A stretch of DNA of 12,349 nucleotides from a bacterium (GTDB taxonomy: Bacteria > Methylomirabilota > Methylomirabilia > CAVQYV01): the NCBI GenBank assembly GCA_043800755.1, contig JAZDMQ010000048.1, forward strand, positions 1-12,349, given 5' to 3'. Shown here piece by piece: positions 7,434 to 12,349 of this stretch (position 1 is its first letter; every line of letters starts with the position of its first letter). Below the pieces are notes generated by a model that worked only from the letters and a program-made list of their open reading frames with translations, did no database searches and was not told the origin of the DNA. The position numbers were made by a program, and so were the translations under genes.

Positions 7434-8234
7434 CTACAGCGTCTCGTCCATGGCGCCGGAGCGGTAGCCCTGGAGATCAACGGTCACATAGGCAAAGCCC
7501 AGCCCTTTGAACTCCTTCGCCACCTCCTTCGCCAGGGAGCCCTGGAGGAGGCGAGGCAGCTCATCCGATTGGACCTCGATGCGGGCGAGGGGGCCATGAT
7601 GTCGCACCCTCACCTGGGTGAAGCCGGCCTGGCGCAGATAATCCTCCCCCTTCTCCACCTGGGCCAGATTCTGCCGGGTCAGCTTGGTATGGTAGGGAAA
7701 GCGGGAGGCAAGACAGGCGTAGGAGGGCCGGTTCCAGGTGGGAAGGCCCAGTTGTTTGGAGAGGGCCCGGATGTCGGCCTTGGTCAAGCCCGCCTCCAAC
7801 AGGGGGCTGCGAACCTTGTCTTCCTCGGCGGCGCGCAGGCCGGGGCGATGCTCGCCCGTATCGTCAGCGTTGGTGCCCACCGCCAGGTGAGGGATGCCCT
7901 CTTGGGCGGCGATCTCCCGCAGCTTGCGAAAGAGCTCCTTCTTGCAGTGGTAGCAGCGGTCCGGCGGATTGTCAGAAAACCCTGGCACCTCCAGTTCCCT
8001 CGCCTCCACCACCAGGTGCTTCAGGCCCAGCTCCTTCGCGATCTGCTTCGCCCCCTCCAGCTCACTTGCCGGATTGACATCCGAGCGCGTGGTCACCAGG
8101 ATCGCCTTGGACCCCAAGGTATCCTTGGCCACCTTGGCCAGGAGGGTGGAATCCACTCCTCCGGAGAAGGCAATCACCACTGACCCCATCTCCTCCAATA
8201 GCTTCTTTAGTCTTTGATATTTTTGCTCGACCAT
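7434..8234 (-). CDS. larE: LarE-family ATP-dependent sulfur transferase (PP-loop)
   Basis: [10 protein letters not shown]-loop, [16 protein letters not shown]...[35 protein letters not shown] and [15 protein letters not shown] upstream. Confidence 0.93.
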   Translation of the reverse strand: MVEQKYQRLKKLLEEMGSVVIAFSGGVDSTLLAKVAKDTLGSKAILVTTRSDVNPASELEGAKQIAKELGLKHLVVEARELEVPGFSDNPPDRCYHCKKELFRKLREIAAQEGIPHLAVGTNADDTGEHRPGLRAAEEDKVRSPLLEAGLTKADIRALSKQLGLPTWNRPSYACLASRFPYHTKLTRQNLAQVEKGEDYLRQAGFTQVRVRHHGPLARIEVQSDELPRLLQGSLAKEVAKEFKGLGFAYVTVDLQGYRSGAMDETL

Positions 8235-8373
8235 CTTGGGACCTCGCCTTCTAACCCTCAGAGGGAGGGTTGCTTTCCCATCTCATCCTTGCCACCCATC
8301 CCCGCCACAGGAGCTTCGGGGATCGTCCACCATGGAGACACGCCCACTATCCCTCAAGGCCAGAATCCTTCAT

Positions 8374-8387
8374 ATGATTTAAATCAT
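8374..8387. promoter_or_regulatory. Perfect 14-bp palindrome, CRP/FNR-family-like operator upstream of larE
   Basis: ATGAT-TTAA-ATCAT versus the FNR consensus TTGAT-N4-ATCAA; an AT-rich island within a GC-rich intergenic region. Confidence 0.45.
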
Positions 8388-8392
8388 GAGGG

Positions 8393-9094
8393 TCATTTCC
8401 CGCCCTTGGGACCCCTCCCTCCTCCCTTGCCCTTGCCATGGTCATCCCCCTTGGGACCAGGCCTTCCCTTCCCCCCGGCAGAGGGCCCCCCACCCTTGTT
8501 AGGGTGTCGTTTCCGGTATTCTTGGCCATAGATCTGGCAGAAGGGCTTGCCCTGGGCCCGAAGCTGGATGAGGTGGCTGGGGGGCAGTCCGAAATAGGTG
8601 GAGGCGATACGCAAATGAACCAAGTCCGCGATCTCCCGGTCAGAGAGGACGATCTGAACCTTCTTATCCTTCTTGTGCTTCCAGTAGTAGCCATAGGCCC
8701 GGCCATAAGGTGGCCCCAGGCTCCCTTCGGGGAGGGGCAGAAAGAAGAGGGTCGGGGGTAATTTGAGCTGGGCGGCGATCTGCAGCCAGGATCGGCCGGC
8801 CCGCCGCCAGGGCAGGAGCAGATCCACGCTCACATGGGCCTGCTGGGCGATGAACAGGGCGACCGGCAGGTTCAGGTCCGGGAAGGCAAACTCCTCCTCC
8901 AGGCTTTTCACCTTGGGGACCGGAAGGCGGAAGAAATTCCCCATCACCGCTCGCATGGCCTCCGGATCCGGCAGGGGCGGGGGAGGCGGCGGGGGCGGTA
9001 ACTGGCACCTCGCGGCTCCTGGCAAGAGCAAGACAAGGACCAGCAGGCCTGCCATCACCCAAATCAAAGAGGACCTTCTTTTTTTCATCGCCAT
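8393..9094 (-). CDS. Hypothetical exported protein with poly-Pro linker, internal helical repeat and Gly/Lys-rich tail
   Basis: Basic plus hydrophobic N-terminus (signal peptide), P8 run, GPPYGRAYGYY motif, tail GKGRPGPKGDDHGKGKGGGRGPKGGK. AAGGGGAG SD upstream. Confidence 0.8.
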   Translation of the reverse strand: MAMKKRRSSLIWVMAGLLVLVLLLPGAARCQLPPPPPPPPLPDPEAMRAVMGNFFRLPVPKVKSLEEEFAFPDLNLPVALFIAQQAHVSVDLLLPWRRAGRSWLQIAAQLKLPPTLFFLPLPEGSLGPPYGRAYGYYWKHKKDKKVQIVLSDREIADLVHLRIASTYFGLPPSHLIQLRAQGKPFCQIYGQEYRKRHPNKGGGPSAGGKGRPGPKGDDHGKGKGGGRGPKGGK

Positions 9095-9109
9095 CTCTCC
9101 CCTTGGCTA

Positions 9110-9138
9110 TTGCTAAATTCGAGACAAGGGGCTATAAT
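9110..9138 (+). promoter_or_regulatory. Putative sigma70 promoter for the polysaccharide deacetylase
   Basis: TTGCTA (9110-9115), 17 nt, perfect TATAAT (9133-9138); 40 nt before the ATG at 9179. Confidence 0.65.
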
Positions 9139-9178
9139 CCCGCCCCGAATCCTGCACAATGGAAAGGAAACACCACCG

Positions 9179-10015
9179 ATGAGTCGCTTCCCGCAACGCC
9201 GGACCGTTCCCCTCCTATGGTCTCTCTCCCCAATCTTACTGGCCTTCCTGGTCTGCCTCTCCTTCAGCCTGCCGGCACAGGCCTCCGAATTCTCAGTGCC
9301 GATCCTGCTCTACCATCGCTTCGCCCCGACCTCCACCAATCCCTACACCGTGACCCTCCAGGAGTTCGAGGCACAGCTAAGCTACCTGAAGGAGAAGGGC
9401 TATCAAGTGATCCCCTTGAAGTCCCTCGTAGATTCCTATCTGGGAAAGGGCTCCCCTCTGCCTCCGCGGGCAGTGGTGATCACCATCGATGATGGGCACG
9501 CCTCGGTCTATACCCACGCCTGGCCACTGCTCAGGAGATTCGGATACCCGGCTACCCTCTTCCTCTATCCCTGTTGCATCGAACGCGCCGGTTATGCCCT
9601 CACCTGGGACCAGATCCGGAAGATGGCCGACCAGGGCCTGGACATCGGCTCCCACACCCACTTCCATCCCAATTTCAAGATCGAGCGCAGACGACTCGCC
9701 CCCCAAGCCTATGAGGAGCTGGTGGTGAAGGAATTGACCTCTTCCAAGAAGATCCTGGAGGAGAGGCTGGGAAGGCCCATCTATTATCTATCCTATCCTT
9801 TCGGATACCACGATGAGGTCCTGGAGAAAAGGGGTTTCGAGGCGGGCTATCTTGCGATGTTCACCATTGCTCGCCAGCCCTGTGGGCCGAGCAGCAACCG
9901 GGGCGCCCTGGGAAGGTACATCATCGATCCCCAGATCACCCTTCACACCTTTTCCTCTATCCTCTCCCCGGGGGACAACAACAAGAACCACCTCCCGAGC
10001 GCCCGCATGCGTTAG
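9179..10015 (+). CDS. Exported polysaccharide deacetylase (CE4/NodB, IcaB/PgaB-like)
   Basis: Signal-like N-terminus ending AQA; VPILLYH, VITIDDG, ATLFLY, LTWDQI, IGSHTHFH, SYPFG and LGRY. AAGGA SD before the ATG at 9179. Confidence 0.93.
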   Translation: MSRFPQRRTVPLLWSLSPILLAFLVCLSFSLPAQASEFSVPILLYHRFAPTSTNPYTVTLQEFEAQLSYLKEKGYQVIPLKSLVDSYLGKGSPLPPRAVVITIDDGHASVYTHAWPLLRRFGYPATLFLYPCCIERAGYALTWDQIRKMADQGLDIGSHTHFHPNFKIERRRLAPQAYEELVVKELTSSKKILEERLGRPIYYLSYPFGYHDEVLEKRGFEAGYLAMFTIARQPCGPSSNRGALGRYIIDPQITLHTFSSILSPGDNNKNHLPSARMR

Positions 10016-11331
10016 CCCTCGCTGGCAGCCCTCAAACACAGGCCTCGCATCCAACTCTGCTCCCTGTCTTCCCGGATGGTCAGGAGCCTTCCCACCCAAT
10101 CCGGCTCCAGGGCCGCCTCGGTGTATCGGTTTTGCGGGTTCCAGAAGACCCACCCGAATGACTGAGCGTCGTAGACCGCCTGCTTCTGCAGCAGGATCTT
10201 CTCCGCATCGTAGCGGGCCCCCAGGTTGAAGTCCTGGAGCCATGGTCGCAGGCGCGCGCGAGCCCGGCCCTGGGAAAGGACGGATTGCCCACGGATCAAG
10301 CTCTGATAAACGATCTCATAGGGATGATCCGCCGGGTTCTGGAAGCCCAGGAACTGGGGAGGATAGTGGGAGGGATAGACCATGGGGCAGATGTAATCCA
10401 CATAGTACATGGCATCGACGATCCTCTGGCCGATGTTGAGGTCATCGTCCCGCCACAGGGTGAGGCCAAAGAAATCCACCGAGAGGGCGACCTTGTAGGG
10501 GGCCAGCTCGGACGAGGCCCAGGCGAAGAACTGCCGGATCACCTCGTGCCGGGGGACCCCCTTGTCCCAGTAAGGAAAGGTGCAGAGGCTGATCTTGCCA
10601 TCCGAGGGGAAGCGGACATAGTCGAATTGGACCTCATCGAACCCCTTGAGGGCCGCCTCTTTGGCCAACTCCAGATTATACCTCCAGACCTCCTGGCAGG
10701 CTGGGTCCATCCAGGAGAGGCCCTTGCGATCCCTCCAGATCCCGCCCCCTGCATCCTTCACCGCCCACTCGGGACGGGCCTTGGCCAAGTGAGGATCCTG
10801 GAACAAAACGATCCGAGCGATGGTGTAGATGGCGGCGCGATGGCATCGGGAGAGCAGGGCATCGATATCCCGGATCCGGCCCTCGTTGGCCCCGATCTGT
10901 CTGGCCAGGGGGACCTGGCTGTCGTAGGCAATCCTCCCGGTGGAGTCCTTGATATCGATGACCACCGCATTGAGCTCGGTGCGCTCCACGGTTCGAATGA
11001 GCTCCTCGGCCCTTCGGGTCCCGGCGGTCCAGGAGCTCAAGTAGATCCCCTTGCAATAGGGAGAAAGGCGAGCCCCCTCGGGCCCCATGCCCCGGAGGAA
11101 CCCTGAGGTCAGATCGATCTCCGAGGAACTGCCCGAGGGCGATGCGACCCTCGCGGCCTCAGGCCCCCTGCCCTGCCAATAGCAATAGGAGGCGACCGGG
11201 AGTAAGGCAACGGCCAACAAGAGAAGGATAATCCTGCCCGGATGCCCCGAGAGAGCCACCTTGCTCAAAAAAAGCCGAGCCTTATCTCTCAGCCCACTCC
11301 GCATCTGGAACCTTTTCCCTGCTTGGAACAA
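10012..11331 (-). CDS. Putative glycoside hydrolase (DUF4015-like TIM barrel) with N-terminal membrane anchor
   Basis: KGIYLSSW, ELNAVVIDIKD, IARIVLFQD, WMDP, GFDEVQFDYVRFP, IGQ, CPMVYPSHY, RPWLQDF and WNPQNRY. Start is uncertain: TTG at 11331 with GGAGG 9 nt upstream, or ATG at 11304. Confidence 0.88.
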   Translation of the reverse strand: MFQAGKRFQMRSGLRDKARLFLSKVALSGHPGRIILLLLAVALLPVASYCYWQGRGPEAARVASPSGSSSEIDLTSGFLRGMGPEGARLSPYCKGIYLSSWTAGTRRAEELIRTVERTELNAVVIDIKDSTGRIAYDSQVPLARQIGANEGRIRDIDALLSRCHRAAIYTIARIVLFQDPHLAKARPEWAVKDAGGGIWRDRKGLSWMDPACQEVWRYNLELAKEAALKGFDEVQFDYVRFPSDGKISLCTFPYWDKGVPRHEVIRQFFAWASSELAPYKVALSVDFFGLTLWRDDDLNIGQRIVDAMYYVDYICPMVYPSHYPPQFLGFQNPADHPYEIVYQSLIRGQSVLSQGRARARLRPWLQDFNLGARYDAEKILLQKQAVYDAQSFGWVFWNPQNRYTEAALEPDWVGRLLTIREDREQSWMRGLCLRAASEG

Positions 11332-11347
11332 TCGCCAGATCCTCCCT

Positions 11348-11677
11348 TCACCGAAATCTGAACCGCAGCAGACAGGCGTAGCCCTCGATCCCCTGCGGGC
11401 CAGCCAATGCAGAGTCCGTGGTGCGAATGACCACCTCCGGCACCTCCCACTTCACCTGGTTGAGCCCGATGTTGAGCAGACCCGACGGAACAGGCGGGGG
11501 CGCCTGGCCGATCTCCTGCTGGCCGGAGACAAAGAAATAAACCCCCATAGCGCCCACCGCGGCCCCGCCCAGGGTGAGGCCAAAGCTGATGTAGAGGTGA
11601 CCGCGGGCCTCGGCCAGCCCGGAGGCGCCGAAGATCAGGAGGCCAATCAGCATCAGGACCAGCATCGGCTTCTTCAT
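11348..11677 (-). CDS. Small hypothetical exported/membrane protein (109 aa)
   Basis: MKK plus hydrophobic core plus AEA signal peptide, then a second hydrophobic Gly-rich segment. Ends 16 nt before the hydrolase start, and has a promoter directly upstream. Confidence 0.75.
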   Translation of the reverse strand: MKKPMLVLMLIGLLIFGASGLAEARGHLYISFGLTLGGAAVGAMGVYFFVSGQQEIGQAPPPVPSGLLNIGLNQVKWEVPEVVIRTTDSALAGPQGIEGYACLLRFRFR

Positions 11678-11686
11678 CGGACTTTT

Positions 11687-11715
11687 CTTATAGCAGAAAG
11701 GATGCGCGCTTTCAA
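11687..11715 (-). promoter_or_regulatory. Putative sigma70 promoter (extended -10) for the small protein and hydrolase
   Basis: Minus strand TTGAAA (11715-11710), 17-nt spacer ending TGC, TATAAG (11692-11687); 9 nt before the ATG. Confidence 0.6.
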
Positions 11716-11722
11716 GGGGTTT

Positions 11723-11744
11723 CCTCAGCTTTTCCTCACCTTTT
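11723..11744. repeat. 11-bp tandem direct repeat next to the -35 element
   Basis: CCTCAGCTTTT followed by CCTCACCTTTT (10/11 identical). Confidence 0.5.
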
Positions 11745-11860
11745 CAGACGATCAATCCCGGGACTTGCATGCCCCGCCGTGAGGAATCTTCAAAGGCAAG
11801 GGGCTCCCTCCGGCTCGTCTGGTTTTTTGGGCGTTAGCCCTCCATGAACCCCCCTTATCT

Positions 11861-12349
11861 TCACCCGCTCATGCCTCCCGTATCCATGATGGCCTGGCCG
11901 GTGATGTAATCCGCGTCGGAAGAGGCCAGAAAGAGGGCCACCTTGGCCACATCCTCCGGATACTGGGGCCGGCCCATGGGCACTGTGGCAAGACGGGATC
12001 GCTGCATTTCCTCCGGACTGAGCCCCCGGATCTTGCCCAGATGGACGGGCAGATACTCCTCCCACATGTAGGTCATCACGATCCCGGGACAGATCGCGTT
12101 GACCGTGATGTGAGGGGCGAACTCCATGGCATTGGACTGGGTCAGGCCCACGACCGCAAATTTGGTGGCGCAATAGCTGGCCATGTGGGCAATCCCCACC
12201 TTGCCCGCCCGGGAGGCAATGTTGATGATCTTCCCCGACTTCCGCTTCATCATCTCCGCCACGACGGCCTTGGTGCAGAGCACCACCCCCTTCAGGTTGA
12301 CCGCCAGGATCGCGTCCCAGTCCTGCTCGCTCAGCTCTAAGAAAGGGGC
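11861..12349 (-). CDS. SDR family NAD(P)-dependent oxidoreductase (5' end outside window)
   Basis: Frame is open from the window edge: APFLELSEQDWDAILAVNLKG...GKIINIASRAG...YCATK (catalytic YxxxK)...VNAICPG...FLASSDADYITGQ. Confidence 0.93.
   Translation of the reverse strand, partial: APFLELSEQDWDAILAVNLKGVVLCTKAVVAEMMKRKSGKIINIASRAGKVGIAHMASYCATKFAVVGLTQSNAMEFAPHITVNAICPGIVMTYMWEEYLPVHLGKIRGLSPEEMQRSRLATVPMGRPQYPEDVAKVALFLASSDADYITGQAIMDTGGMSG

Noticed and set aside
7410..7435. AGGCGG/CCGCCT stem as the larE terminator
   Set aside because: It has a 14-nt loop, overlaps the stop codon and has only a very short T run; the 7335-7386 hairpin is the stronger candidate.
9002..9016. Lipoprotein lipobox at AARC in the Pro-rich protein
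   Set aside because: Arg at the -1 position does not fit [LVI][ASTVI][GAS]C.

Overview
GC-rich bacterial chromosomal window. The gene content suggests an anaerobe, possibly Desulfobacterota/Deltaproteobacteria-like (inference only). No tRNA, rRNA, CRISPR array or transposase is visible. The left half is a minus-strand run: DrrA-type ABC ATPase, ABC-2 permease, MetF (MTHFR) fused to a Cys8 MetV-like domain, archease, archaeal-type RtcB RNA ligase, then a DUF2442 gene that runs off the left edge and is missing from the ORF track. A sigma54-like -24/-12 element lies just upstream of metF. Divergent from this run is an ArsB/NhaD/CitMHS (IT-superfamily) permease, which converges on larE across a long hairpin. 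The right half holds a Pro-rich exported hypothetical protein, an IcaB/PgaB-like polysaccharide deacetylase converging on a DUF4015-type glycoside hydrolase, a small membrane/exported protein, and the 3' part of an SDR. The best candidate for an undescribed system is the putative sigma54-driven metF(V)-archease-rtcB-DUF2442 unit. Next are the deacetylase/hydrolase envelope cluster, the permease with a divergent binding motif, and the lone larE with an FNR-like site. All functional links are hypotheses.
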